A stretch of 64,000 nt of DNA from positions 1 through 64,000 of the IMG/VR virus record IMGVR_UViG_3300045988_090117. One strand, 5' to 3'. The translations under genes were made by a program, and so were the position numbers. Position 1 is the first letter of the stretch. Every line of letters begins with the position of its first letter. Below are positions 29,690 to 37,823 of this stretch, piece after piece. The notes beneath the pieces are model-generated. The model was given only the letters and a program-made list of their open reading frames with translations, had not been told where the DNA came from and ran no database searches. This DNA is from a virus.

Positions 29690-31039
29690 TTAATATATGG
29701 CACCTTTACCACTCAGTATTTTTAGTGCATCATCTAACGTTCTGTAATTAATACTATCTGTCATTACTGCATAACGTATTTTATCCATAGCATGGTCATT
29801 CATTTTTAGTATTTCCTCCACGCCTTTGTCCAGTTTGTCTTCATCCCAACAATATGAACCAAACTCCTCTATATCACTTCTACAGCTTGGGTCTAGTGTA
29901 AATCTATCTTGATTTAATAGATAACTCACTAGTTGAATTCCAAGCTCAACATTATTCTTAGCTGGTACTACTTTGATATTATGTCTTTGGAAGAACTTAT
30001 TCTTCTTAACCTCTACTATCAGTGGAGCTGCACTCGGGTCAATTGTTATGTATTCTGGCATTACATTATTCTCCTGTATAAAAGCAATTAAGTCTGTCAC
30101 GTACTCAGCAACAGTCTTTTGTCCTTCTTTTCTACCATTATGATAGTAACTTGCTATTTGGTGATATCTCTTTGTAGGAGCATAGTATCCAAATATTCCA
30201 AAGGTAGTAGCATTCTGAATACCAAAGTCAGCGCTAATAAATATTCTCGTCCAATTAAGACTTAGTCTCTTTGCATGTCTATCAGGGTCAAACATTGGAT
30301 ATATAACTCCATCTGCCATAACCCACAGTCCTAAAATAAATCTCTTGTAGAATACCCCACTGTACATTGATTTATAACGTTCTATTACCTCTTGACTTAG
30401 ACTTAAATTATCTTCCATTGTAAAGTGTATATGTAATGCTTTTCTATCTGCACACTTTTGTATCCACTCTTGATTAAACCAGTGGAAAGGACTATGAGGG
30501 TTACAGTTGAACCAAAACTTAGCACCTGTTACTGAGCAACGAGCAGTCGCTTGATTGACAAAAGACTGTGGCATTAATGCTACTTCATCAAAGAATACTC
30601 CTGCTAATGTTATCCCTTGGATTAAATCTTGTGAACTCTCATCCTTTCCACCAAATATATAAAAGTAGTTTATTGCTTTTCTAATATTGCCATTCTTTGT
30701 CTTCCATGTTCTGCTAATAGTTAATAGGTTCTCACTTCTATTGTCATGTACCATATAGCCTCTACTCATTAACATTTGTTTTAATGGCTGAACTACGTTT
30801 CTTCTACAAGATGCTATTGTCTTACCACACAATGCAAAGTTCATTCCATTGTATCTCTCTGTAGCCCAGTTTACGTAGCTGAAACTCATACAGACTGTCT
30901 TACCACTACGTACTGCCCCATCACATATCAATGCAGTGTTGTTTTTATATCTAGGATCTAGCCACCATGATAGTACTTGTATCTGTTTTGCACTAAATGG
31001 TTTCCATCCAAAAGGTACTACCTTATTAATCTTGCTCAT
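29690..31039 (-). CDS. terL: Terminase large subunit
   Basis: 449 aa. Walker A is DGAVRSGKT and Walker B-like is GVFFDE. The C-terminal nuclease half contains ...ISADFG. Confidence 0.9.
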   Translation of the reverse strand: MSKINKVVPFGWKPFSAKQIQVLSWWLDPRYKNNTALICDGAVRSGKTVCMSFSYVNWATERYNGMNFALCGKTIASCRRNVVQPLKQMLMSRGYMVHDNRSENLLTISRTWKTKNGNIRKAINYFYIFGGKDESSQDLIQGITLAGVFFDEVALMPQSFVNQATARCSVTGAKFWFNCNPHSPFHWFNQEWIQKCADRKALHIHFTMEDNLSLSQEVIERYKSMYSGVFYKRFILGLWVMADGVIYPMFDPDRHAKRLSLNWTRIFISADFGIQNATTFGIFGYYAPTKRYHQIASYYHNGRKEGQKTVAEYVTDLIAFIQENNVMPEYITIDPSAAPLIVEVKKNKFFQRHNIKVVPAKNNVELGIQLVSYLLNQDRFTLDPSCRSDIEEFGSYCWDEDKLDKGVEEILKMNDHAMDKIRYAVMTDSINYRTLDDALKILSGKGAIY

Positions 31040-31589
31040 CTACATCACCTTCATTGATACGTTTTAAAGAGTCAGCTAATATTGCTACGAAGTCATCTTG
31101 TACGCTTTCATCACCACCAAGTCCTGCAATAGCTCTTTTAAGTTCCATTTGTTCATATTTCATTTTAAGTTCCATTGCTTCTTTAAATGGAATAGTACCA
31201 GTACACTCATCTAAGAATGTCTTAATAGCTACCATATTCTGTATTGCCTGAGCTAATTTAAAATGAGATATCTTTCCTTCCTTGTCTAATATACTACTAC
31301 TGTTATCTACCATTGATTGTTCCCATAGACATAGTAGTTTATAGCCTGCTTGGTAATATCTATCTACTAATTCTTTATTAGCATCTACATACACTGCTTG
31401 GCACTTATCTAATGCTAATTGTTTTGTTGCTTTTCTTTTCTCCGCCCAACCTTCACTATGTATTAATTTACTTAATGTGCTATTACTGATATTCCATTTA
31501 TCACACAATTGTTTATGGGTCATATTAGCACAATAATCAAGGAATAATTGGTCAATCTCATCTCCTGTTAGTTTTGCTTTTCTAGCCAT
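31026..31589 (-). CDS. terS: Terminase small subunit
   Basis: 187 aa with an N-terminal HTH (MTHKQLCDKWNISNSTLSKLIH). It overlaps the terL start. Confidence 0.6.
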   Translation of the reverse strand: MARKAKLTGDEIDQLFLDYCANMTHKQLCDKWNISNSTLSKLIHSEGWAEKRKATKQLALDKCQAVYVDANKELVDRYYQAGYKLLCLWEQSMVDNSSSILDKEGKISHFKLAQAIQNMVAIKTFLDECTGTIPFKEAMELKMKYEQMELKRAIAGLGGDESVQDDFVAILADSLKRINEGDVDEQD

Positions 31590-31597
31590 CTAATCAC

Positions 31598-31906
31598 CTA
31601 CTTTCTAAAATGTTTTGGAGTATTATGGTAATGGCTCAATTCTACCTCCCCATCTATTCTCCTTTGTATTTGCTCTCTATATTTCTTACTATTACTTAAT
31701 CTTACTAGGCTAACTAAAAAGTACTTGTTTACCTTCTTAGGTATCTTATTGTTTATTATGCAGTCAACTAAATACATTGCTTGTTTATAACTGTGTATGT
31801 GTGTATGTCCTTCATCCCACTCCTTCTTTGTATTATACACTACAAATTCATCATGTTCCTCTCTTTGAAATACTACCATATATTTTTTAGCAAATACTTT
31901 TTTCAT
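31598..31906 (-). CDS. Hypothetical protein upstream of the terminase genes
   Basis: ~102 aa. ATG 31906 lies 9 nt after GGAGG. It is the first gene after a 195-bp AT-rich intergenic region. Confidence 0.4.
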   Translation of the reverse strand: MKKVFAKKYMVVFQREEHDEFVVYNTKKEWDEGHTHIHSYKQAMYLVDCIINNKIPKKVNKYFLVSLVRLSNSKKYREQIQRRIDGEVELSHYHNTPKHFRK

Positions 31907-32047
31907 ATGGACCATCCTCCTATCACAAATTTATATTAGTTATTATCACTAATTATTAATGCAAGAATTAGTAATTTAAGACTTATTTTAGTACAATTAA
32001 AAGTTATTTGGGACTTAATTATATAGGTTTATTGTGTTATTTATATT

Positions 32048-32081
32048 AAAAAAGAGTGATTAATGTACTATTAACCACTCT
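32048..32081 (-). terminator. Rho-independent terminator ending the early/middle region
   Basis: 11-bp stem with one mismatch (32053-32063 / 32071-32081). Minus-strand U6 (plus A-run 32048-32053). Confidence 0.6.
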
Positions 32082-32110
32082 ATTTGATTGTTATTTAGTT
32101 GTATTTCTTA

Positions 32111-32662
32111 TTATTTATCCTCCATCTTTTCATATTTATCTATCATTACATTTAATAAGTCATCCATACTAACTCCTACTTGTTTTGCTTCTTTTTTAAG
32201 TTGTTTCATTTCTTCATTAGTCATTATATGGTCATTCATTATTGGCCACCATTTATCTACTAATTCATTAGTTGCATATATTTCCCATGTTAATTTATCC
32301 ATATCTATTCCTAATCCTCCTTTTATTATATCATTTACAGTTATTTCTTCCGCCGCCACTTTTGGCTCCTCTTGTGGAGCTGCTATATGTTGTACTGTAG
32401 TTGATGTATCACTAGTATATTTATGATTACATTCTATAGCTACTTTAGTTGTTTGAGCTATTGTCTCTATCATGTCAAACTTAGCATTTAATGTATTAGC
32501 ACCTAGTTTTAATTCACTTTTATATTTATCCACAATAGCATTCACTACTGTAGATTGTAATGCAGTTAGTTCAAATAATAGATCTTGTAATTCACCTTTT
32601 ACTAATGCTCCTCTTTCCACTATTTGTACTCCATCTTTAGTATCCACTGTTATTTTAATCAT
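32111..32662 (-). CDS. Hypothetical protein (183 aa)
   Basis: Long ORF with AAGGAGGG RBS. No motif recognised. Confidence 0.5.
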   Translation of the reverse strand: MIKITVDTKDGVQIVERGALVKGELQDLLFELTALQSTVVNAIVDKYKSELKLGANTLNAKFDMIETIAQTTKVAIECNHKYTSDTSTTVQHIAAPQEEPKVAAEEITVNDIIKGGLGIDMDKLTWEIYATNELVDKWWPIMNDHIMTNEEMKQLKKEAKQVGVSMDDLLNVMIDKYEKMEDK

Positions 32663-32674
32663 ATATAGCCCTCC

Positions 32675-32875
32675 TTAATTATTTAAATTATTTTTTACTT
32701 GTTGTGCAAATTCGTCTATAAAATCATTTATATGCTCTTTATCTAAATTATCCCTTTCTACTAATGTCATTATTATACTTATTGTGGCATTTAATAATTG
32801 CTCCAATACATCTTTTACTTCTCCTTTAACTCTTGTTTGTACAGTTCCGTTTTTAGTTCTTTTTACTTCAATCAT
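32675..32875 (-). CDS. Hypothetical protein (66 aa)
   Basis: ATG 32875 is preceded by GAGGAGGAG. It shares an ATGA-type overlap zone with the upstream small ORF. Confidence 0.45.
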   Translation of the reverse strand: MIEVKRTKNGTVQTRVKGEVKDVLEQLLNATISIIMTLVERDNLDKEHINDFIDEFAQQVKNNLNN

Positions 32876-32876
32876 A

Positions 32877-33035
32877 TTATTTCTCCTCCTCATTTTTAAT
32901 ATCAATAAAATATTTAGTTGTATCTAAATTACTTAAACTTAGTAATATGTATTTTAAATCTTCTATTGTAGAATGTCTATATATAAAACAATTCATGCCA
33001 TTCTCTTTATTTACTACTCTTACTGTATACTTCAC
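32877..33035 (-). CDS. Hypothetical protein (52 aa, GTG start, below track cutoff)
   Basis: (V)KYTVRVVNKENGMNCFIYRHSTIEDLKYILLSLSNLDTTKYFIDIKNEEEK. AAGGAGG lies 7 nt upstream of GTG 33035, which overlaps the upstream stop (TAGTG). Confidence 0.4.
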   Translation of the reverse strand: MKYTVRVVNKENGMNCFIYRHSTIEDLKYILLSLSNLDTTKYFIDIKNEEEK

Positions 33036-33268
33036 TATTTAGCCTCCTTACTATTTAGTTCTTTTTCCATTGCCTCTACAGCCTCTTTAATATGTTGTAC
33101 TGCTGCGAAGTCTGAGTAGTCCTTTAAGACTACATCTCTGTAGCCCATTAGTAGGGCTACTAATTCATATTGAGATATTAATGGTTCTTGATGTGGTGTT
33201 ACTTTCATCTTTACAAACGCTTGAACCTTTCCATTAATTGGTTTTAATTTACTCTTTACTTTTAACAT
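33035..33268 (-). CDS. Hypothetical protein (77 aa)
   Basis: GGGAGG RBS. It is the first gene after the promoter at 33303-33338. Confidence 0.5.
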   Translation of the reverse strand: MLKVKSKLKPINGKVQAFVKMKVTPHQEPLISQYELVALLMGYRDVVLKDYSDFAAVQHIKEAVEAMEKELNSKEAK

Positions 33269-33302
33269 ATTGTACCTCCCGTTATTTTCTTCATTTATCT
33301 TA

Positions 33303-33338
33303 CATATATAGTATAGAAATAATGCTCTATTTACTAAG
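33303..33338 (-). promoter_or_regulatory. Phage promoter motif copy (-35 TTAGTA, 16 nt, -10 TATACT)
   Basis: Plus strand reads catatatagtatagaaataatgctctatttactaag, with the same 29-nt -10 to -35 geometry as the other copies. Confidence 0.65.
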
Positions 33339-33345
33339 TAGATAT

Positions 33346-33960
33346 TTAATTATTTTCTATTGTTTCACTTGGAGATTCCTCAACATCGTTGTCTGTATTA
33401 GTTGTATCTTCAGGGTCTATACAGCTATCATGTACGTCCTTATTAGGATAATCTTCGTCTTCATCATAATATTGTTGGTGTTTTTCTTGTTCTTCTTTTT
33501 TATGTTCGTATTCAGGTGTATAGTTACCATATTCATCATTTATTTGAGTACCATCTTCATCATAGCAAATAGGATATTTACCTTGTTGTTCTTGTTGTTC
33601 TTGGTCTTCTTGTTCATGTATTTTTTCTTGTTTCTTAGCTTCATCTTCTAGATGTCCACCATTTTTCTTAATTAATCCTTTTTCTTGCATTTCGTCGTCG
33701 GTCATTTCGTCTTCGTCTTTAGGTTGTTCTTTTGTAGTTTGTTCTTTTTTAGTTGTGCCACTATCTTTTGTAGTTTGTTGTTTTTGCTCTATTTGTTTTG
33801 CTTCTTCTTTAGTTACTTTTTCTCTTTTAACATTACCTTGGTCGTCCACGTATTTAATTGTTACTGTGTCGTCTTTATCGTTGTTATTGCTATTACATCC
33901 AACCATTAAACTTGCACTTAAAATACCAGCTAATCCTAAACTCATTAATTTTTTCATCAT
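33346..33960 (-). CDS. Secreted lipoprotein, highly charged and low-complexity
   Basis: MMKKLMSLGLAGILSASLMVGC|NSNNND is a signal peptide plus lipobox (MVGC). The mature part is E/K/Q/D-rich. GGAGG RBS precedes ATG 33960. Confidence 0.65.
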   Translation of the reverse strand: MMKKLMSLGLAGILSASLMVGCNSNNNDKDDTVTIKYVDDQGNVKREKVTKEEAKQIEQKQQTTKDSGTTKKEQTTKEQPKDEDEMTDDEMQEKGLIKKNGGHLEDEAKKQEKIHEQEDQEQQEQQGKYPICYDEDGTQINDEYGNYTPEYEHKKEEQEKHQQYYDEDEDYPNKDVHDSCIDPEDTTNTDNDVEESPSETIENN

Positions 33961-33961
33961 A

Positions 33962-34219
33962 TTACTTACCTCCATTTATACTTTTTATTTTTTTAGTACT
34001 ATATTGTGATTCACTTGTTTTGTAAGCAGTTAAAAAATTGTTATCTTTGTCTACTATTATTGTAGTCAAGTTCATTGTGTATATTAAATTGTTGCTTTGT
34101 TTACCAGTTACTACATCTTTGATGCCAGTTTCTAATGCTTCTAATATCTTAGATTTGTTAAGGCCATGCTTTTGATAACTATGAAGTAATTCCATCTTAC
34201 CAAATTTTATATCTAACAT
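33962..34219 (-). CDS. Hypothetical protein (~85 aa)
   Basis: ATG 34219 lies 9 nt after AAGGGG; the track start is a TTG three codons upstream. Confidence 0.45.
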   Translation of the reverse strand: MLDIKFGKMELLHSYQKHGLNKSKILEALETGIKDVVTGKQSNNLIYTMNLTTIIVDKDNNFLTAYKTSESQYSTKKIKSINGGK

Positions 34220-34247
34220 TTTACTCAACCCCTTTTATAGGGAGCTA

Positions 34248-34577
34248 CTATCTAGTAGCTCTATTTATTTGGTTCCAAGTTTCTCCAAATACATCTTCTC
34301 CAACTTTACTAATCCAAAATGTTCTAAATGGTTTGTAGCTATTTTCTAACCAATTATTTATTCTGTTACAATCTTTACTGTCATATACTCTTTGACATTC
34401 ATTAACCATTGTATATATTTCTTGTTCTAATCTTCTCATGTCCCCCAATTGTTGTCTTAGTTCAACGTTTTCTAATCTTAGGCTTTTTAATGCTTCCATG
34501 TTTTGTTGTTTTTTAGCTTCTCTTATTTGAGCTTCCACTTTAAATATTCTTCCTTCTATTTGGTTTGTCTTTAACAT
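34248..34577 (-). CDS. Hypothetical coiled-coil protein (~109 aa)
   Basis: ATG 34577 lies 9 nt after AAGGAG. It is the first gene after the sigma-A-type promoter at 34622-34650. Confidence 0.45.
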   Translation of the reverse strand: MLKTNQIEGRIFKVEAQIREAKKQQNMEALKSLRLENVELRQQLGDMRRLEQEIYTMVNECQRVYDSKDCNRINNWLENSYKPFRTFWISKVGEDVFGETWNQINRATR

Positions 34578-34621
34578 ACTATCCAACTCCTTTTTCTCTT
34601 TTCTTATCTTTTATTAACTTA

Positions 34622-34650
34622 ATTATACTACCTCCTATATAATTAATCAA
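34622..34650 (-). promoter_or_regulatory. Consensus host sigma-A-type promoter (TTGATT, 17 nt, TATAAT)
   Basis: Minus strand reads TTGATTaattatataggaggtagTATAAT. The first 15 nt are identical to the promoter at 56941-56969. Confidence 0.65.
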
Positions 34651-34670
34651 GTGTTTTTTGAAAAAAAATA

Positions 34671-34699
34671 AAAAAAAAATCCCACATTTTTATGTGGGA
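34671..34699 (-). terminator. Strong rho-independent terminator
   Basis: Stem tcccacat (34680-34687) / atgtggga (34692-34699), loop tttt, minus-strand U9 (plus A-run 34671-34679). Confidence 0.8.
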
Positions 34700-34718
34700 C
34701 TGTATTTATATACATCTT

Positions 34719-34850
34719 TTACACCGCCATAAGTACTAAAAGAAATCCTAATATTATCATTCCCATACCTAATAGTATTTCGCCACACATTAACTCTATT
34801 ATTCCTATTCCTATATCTATACCAGCTATAATAAGGGTAGTTTTATCCAT
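34719..34850 (-). CDS. 43-aa hydrophobic membrane peptide (below track cutoff)
   Basis: MDKTTLIIAGIDIGIGIIELMCGEILLGMGMIILGFLLVLMAV. GGAGG lies 8 nt upstream of ATG 34850. It is followed directly by the strong terminator. Confidence 0.45.
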   Translation of the reverse strand: MDKTTLIIAGIDIGIGIIELMCGEILLGMGMIILGFLLVLMAV

Positions 34851-34863
34851 TTTACATTCCTCC

Positions 34864-35370
34864 TTATTGATTTTTATATTCTCTTTCAACTAACCATAAC
34901 AAGCAATAATTTGCTAAGTCCAATATCGTATCATCAATTTTTTCATCTTTTACTTTTTGTTCCGGTGCATTTGGATTACATAATGTCATTAATCTATTGT
35001 ATTTGTCTGTAATTCTTACTAAGAATGATACACAACCGAACTTCTCATAAGTATCTGCTACACTATTTCCATAGTCATTGTTCTTAGCTTTATAAGTTTC
35101 AGCTAAATTATTTAGTAAGTAATCGTATATAGTTTGTCTATCTATTTTAGTTTGGTTTACTGTTAGTGCCGGTTCTAACATATCTTTATTCCATACATAA
35201 GGGTTATTATCATTTGCTAAATAGTAATCACCCTCTCCATCTATATATTCTATAATATCAATTGTTCCTCTAAATGGTAACATGTCATTTATAACATTAC
35301 ATCCCCCATATTTTTCACCTTCTTGTATACTATCTTTTATTTTAACAACATCACCTATTTTATATTCCAT
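34864..35370 (-). CDS. DUF1599-like (MazG-like all-alpha) nucleotide-metabolism-associated protein with an N-terminal SH3-like extension
   Basis: The C-terminal half KAKNNDYGNSVADTYEKFG...RITDKYNRL...DDTILDLANYCLLW matches my memory of the DUF1599 pattern. GGAGGG precedes ATG 35370. Confidence 0.45.
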   Translation of the reverse strand: MEYKIGDVVKIKDSIQEGEKYGGCNVINDMLPFRGTIDIIEYIDGEGDYYLANDNNPYVWNKDMLEPALTVNQTKIDRQTIYDYLLNNLAETYKAKNNDYGNSVADTYEKFGCVSFLVRITDKYNRLMTLCNPNAPEQKVKDEKIDDTILDLANYCLLWLVEREYKNQ

Positions 35371-35400
35371 ACTATTTCCCTCCATATTATTTTTTTTTCA

Positions 35401-35886
35401 TTATCTAACTACAACTAATGTACCGATACGTTTCAGCAAATCCTCTTGATTATTAGTTAACTCACCACTAAATACTACAACTGCACTTGGAAAAGGTGCC
35501 GAATCTTTACTGCCACCAAATTTTAATCTACCTTTTATAAAACATATACCTTTAGCATTTGGGAATATTATATTTTGCCATACTCTCGTATCTGGTCTAG
35601 CAGGGATTAAACATACAATTGTAGCACCCTTTAAACTTTCTTTTGCAGCCTTCTCTATCCACTTAACCTGTTCTCTCCCATATGGTGGATTCATCCAACA
35701 TATATTATCGCTCCAGCTTTGTGCCAATCCATCTATTTCTGGAGTAAAATACTTATCGCACTTAGCCGTTTCAGGAACTGCGCATACATCCAATGTAAAA
35801 CTAAACACGCTATTTAAATTATCAAAGAACTCCTTCGGTGTTTCCCATGTTTGGCCCTTACTACTAAATAAACTTTTATTAATCAT
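35401..35886 (-). CDS. Phage Dam-type DNA N6-adenine methyltransferase
   Basis: 161 aa: WETPKEFFDNLNSVFSFTLDVCA...GLAQSW...WMNPPYG...CLIPARPDTRVW...IKGRLKF. This is the classic small phage N-6-adenine methyltransferase layout with an NPPY motif. Confidence 0.7.
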   Translation of the reverse strand: MINKSLFSSKGQTWETPKEFFDNLNSVFSFTLDVCAVPETAKCDKYFTPEIDGLAQSWSDNICWMNPPYGREQVKWIEKAAKESLKGATIVCLIPARPDTRVWQNIIFPNAKGICFIKGRLKFGGSKDSAPFPSAVVVFSGELTNNQEDLLKRIGTLVVVR

Positions 35887-35887
35887 A

Positions 35888-36076
35888 CTATTTTTTCTCC
35901 TTTAAATAATTATCTAAGAATTGACATAAATTAATTTTATTTCTATCCTTATACACAATACAGTCAAAACATAAATGACAAAATTCACATTGTCTATGCT
36001 CTTTTAATCTTTCAATGTTGCAGGGTGCTAAGACCCTGCTCTCTATTTGTTCATTAGTGTAATAATATTCGTCCAT
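35888..36076 (-). CDS. Small Cys-rich protein (62 aa)
   Basis: Contains CEFCHLCFDC. GAGGAGGG RBS; TAATG overlap with the upstream ORF. Confidence 0.45.
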   Translation of the reverse strand: MDEYYYTNEQIESRVLAPCNIERLKEHRQCEFCHLCFDCIVYKDRNKINLCQFLDNYLKEKK

Positions 36077-36255
36077 TATTTACCCTCCTCAATAACTTCA
36101 ACTTCCTCATCATTTATACATTTCTCATGTTTTCCATCAAAATAATACTCACATTCTTTAAATTCTTTTGGCATACCTTTACATCTATCTTCACATTCTT
36201 TTTCACATTCAAAACAACAAACAGTCCCAAAGGGATTCCCAAATTTACAAGCCAT
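36076..36255 (-). CDS. Small Cys-rich protein (59 aa, below track cutoff)
   Basis: MACKFGNPFGTVCCFECEKECEDRCKGMPKEFKECEYYFDGKHEKCINDEEVEVIEEGK. GGAGGGG lies upstream of ATG 36255. Confidence 0.4.
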   Translation of the reverse strand: MACKFGNPFGTVCCFECEKECEDRCKGMPKEFKECEYYFDGKHEKCINDEEVEVIEEGK

Positions 36256-36256
36256 A

Positions 36257-36406
36257 TTATTTCCCCTCCGTATAAGTTAAATACGCACATCCAGCTGTTG
36301 TTACTCCTAGTATTGCTAAACTTATTGGTAAACTAAATCCAGCTATACCTAACATTAAAGTCACACCTCCTATAGTAGCTAAGTTTGCAACTGTTGTATT
36401 ATTCAT
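36257..36406 (-). CDS. Small membrane protein (49 aa, below track cutoff)
   Basis: MNNTTVANLATIGGVTLMLGIAGFSLPISLAILGVTTAGCAYLTYTEGK. GGAGG lies 8 nt upstream. An alternative ATG is at 36409. Confidence 0.4.
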   Translation of the reverse strand: MNNTTVANLATIGGVTLMLGIAGFSLPISLAILGVTTAGCAYLTYTEGK

Positions 36407-36605
36407 CATTTCTTCCTCCTTTTTCTAATATATATTGCATATATGCTAATCTACAATCAGATGTCTCATACTGAGCTAGAGGACAATCTTTACATCCTCT
36501 AACTTTTTCATCATATATACTATCACAAAATAATTTTACTCTATCAGTTAGATCAGCTATTAACTCTCTATCACTTTTACTTTTTCTTCGGCTCATACAA
36601 TCCAC
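36399..36605 (-). CDS. Small Cys-containing protein (68 aa, start uncertain)
   Basis: Track ORF. It overlaps the thyX end by 29 nt. Contains CKDCPL...DC. Confidence 0.35.
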   Translation of the reverse strand: MDCMSRRKSKSDRELIADLTDRVKLFCDSIYDEKVRGCKDCPLAQYETSDCRLAYMQYILEKGGRNDE

Positions 36606-37269
36606 ACCCTTTCATTTCTGGACAATAACCTAACTTCTTACATTGAGATACTAATAACTCTTTATATCTTGGCTCAACTGCTACTACTTCTTTTACCATT
36701 AGTGATACTAAATAAAATATTGGTATTTCTGCTCTATTACATAATCTTACATTCGCTAAATGTATAAGACCTTCAATGTTTACTGCAAAACTACAAGCAC
36801 TTGCTATTCCTATTGGTACAAAAGTTCTTGCTATCTCGTTTGCACGTTCTTTACTAACTCCTGTCTGTTTCATTTTTTCAACTGTTAATTGATAACAAGT
36901 TGCTGCATATTCTTCAGTAAAATAATGGTCTCTAACTAGTAGAGGGTTTTTTCTTATTTCTGGGGCTGCATATACGTCCATTTTACCTTTTGTTACATAT
37001 CTTAAACTTTGTACATTTTTTACTACTCCTACTTCATGTCTTACTAGTTGGTCAATTGTAAAACGTGGTATTCTTTGTAAATCAAATACAAAATATAAAT
37101 GTCTACTACCACTTAAATGTCCACTCTTTAAACAATGTAGTCCTACTTTTTCCGCTTGTTCTTTTGGTGTATCATAACATACACAAGCAAATTCTCCATG
37201 TTTCTTAATAAACTGTGATACTTCATCTTTATTAACAAGTGTTACTTTAAAATCTCTCTCTCCAAACAT
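36577..37269 (-). CDS. thyX: FAD-dependent thymidylate synthase (ThyX-like, divergent signature)
   Basis: 230 aa. ...RIPRFTIDQLVRHEVGVVKNVQSLRY... aligns with the ThyX RHRxxSxxxxSxRY motif but with changes (RHE, one residue longer). The C-terminal half resembles ThyX (ARTFVPIG...NIEGLIHLANVRLCNRAE). Confidence 0.55.
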   Translation of the reverse strand: MFGERDFKVTLVNKDEVSQFIKKHGEFACVCYDTPKEQAEKVGLHCLKSGHLSGSRHLYFVFDLQRIPRFTIDQLVRHEVGVVKNVQSLRYVTKGKMDVYAAPEIRKNPLLVRDHYFTEEYAATCYQLTVEKMKQTGVSKERANEIARTFVPIGIASACSFAVNIEGLIHLANVRLCNRAEIPIFYLVSLMVKEVVAVEPRYKELLVSQCKKLGYCPEMKGCGLYEPKKK

Positions 37270-37523
37270 TATCTAGTTACCTCCTCATATTCTTCTTTTG
37301 TTATATTAACAACATCACCACATCTAACACATCTTACAAAGTAATGTGTTGGTACTAATAACATTAATATAGCTAATATAAAACATATTGGAGCACCTAT
37401 CCATCCTATTATTGGAATCCACATCATACAACCTCCTATTAGGAAGAATATAAAACTATAACTACCCCTGCCCATCTTACAATACTCTACATCACCGTTA
37501 CATTTTTTACATCTTCTTCTCAT
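37269..37523 (-). CDS. Membrane protein with split zinc ribbon (84 aa)
   Basis: CKKCNG...two TM helices...CVRCGD. AAGGAGG RBS. Confidence 0.45.
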   Translation of the reverse strand: MRRRCKKCNGDVEYCKMGRGSYSFIFFLIGGCMMWIPIIGWIGAPICFILAILMLLVPTHYFVRCVRCGDVVNITKEEYEEVTR

Positions 37524-37773
37524 ACCACTTTACCTCCTTTAAACTTTTCTTAATATCTTTTTCTAGTTTATTTAATGTATCTAATGTAGTTTTTAGATCT
37601 TTTAATTCTGTCTGTAATATACCCAATCTTAAACAGTCAACTAATGCCTTTTCTAATGTCGGATAATATCTTTCTTTTGTTGTATATGTGCCAACCTTAG
37701 TCTTATAAGTTTGAATTAATACATAATTTTTATCCTTATCAGTAGTAATTTCAAATTCTTTGTTTATTTTCAT
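37507..37773 (-). CDS. Hypothetical protein (~88 aa)
   Basis: ATG 37773 lies 8 nt after AAGGAGA. It is the first gene after the promoter at 37788-37823. Confidence 0.45.
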   Translation of the reverse strand: MKINKEFEITTDKDKNYVLIQTYKTKVGTYTTKERYYPTLEKALVDCLRLGILQTELKDLKTTLDTLNKLEKDIKKSLKEVKWYEKKM

Positions 37774-37787
37774 TACTATCATCTCCT

Positions 37788-37823
37788 TGTATATAGTATA
37801 GAAAAATTTACCATTTTGCTAAC
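37788..37823 (-). promoter_or_regulatory. Phage promoter motif copy (-35 TTAGCA, 16 nt, -10 TATACT)
   Basis: Plus strand reads tgtatatagtatagaaaaatttaccattttgctaac. It overlaps the stop of the delta-like gene. Confidence 0.65.

Noticed and set aside
31916-32047. The 195-bp AT-rich intergenic region upstream of the packaging genes as a cos/pac site or late promoter.
   Set aside because: It is plausible by position, but I could not identify any defined repeat, palindrome or promoter geometry by eye, so no call is made.
33238-33651. Plus-strand track ORFs (for example 33238-33651, 59758-60363, 24389-24883, 23703-24074, 44259-44621, 32088-32426).
   Set aside because: All lie antisense to long, motif-bearing minus-strand genes. 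They encode low-complexity Leu/Phe/Ser/Ile-rich strings typical of AT-rich antisense frames, and they lack Shine-Dalgarno sequences. No plus-strand gene is supported anywhere in the window.
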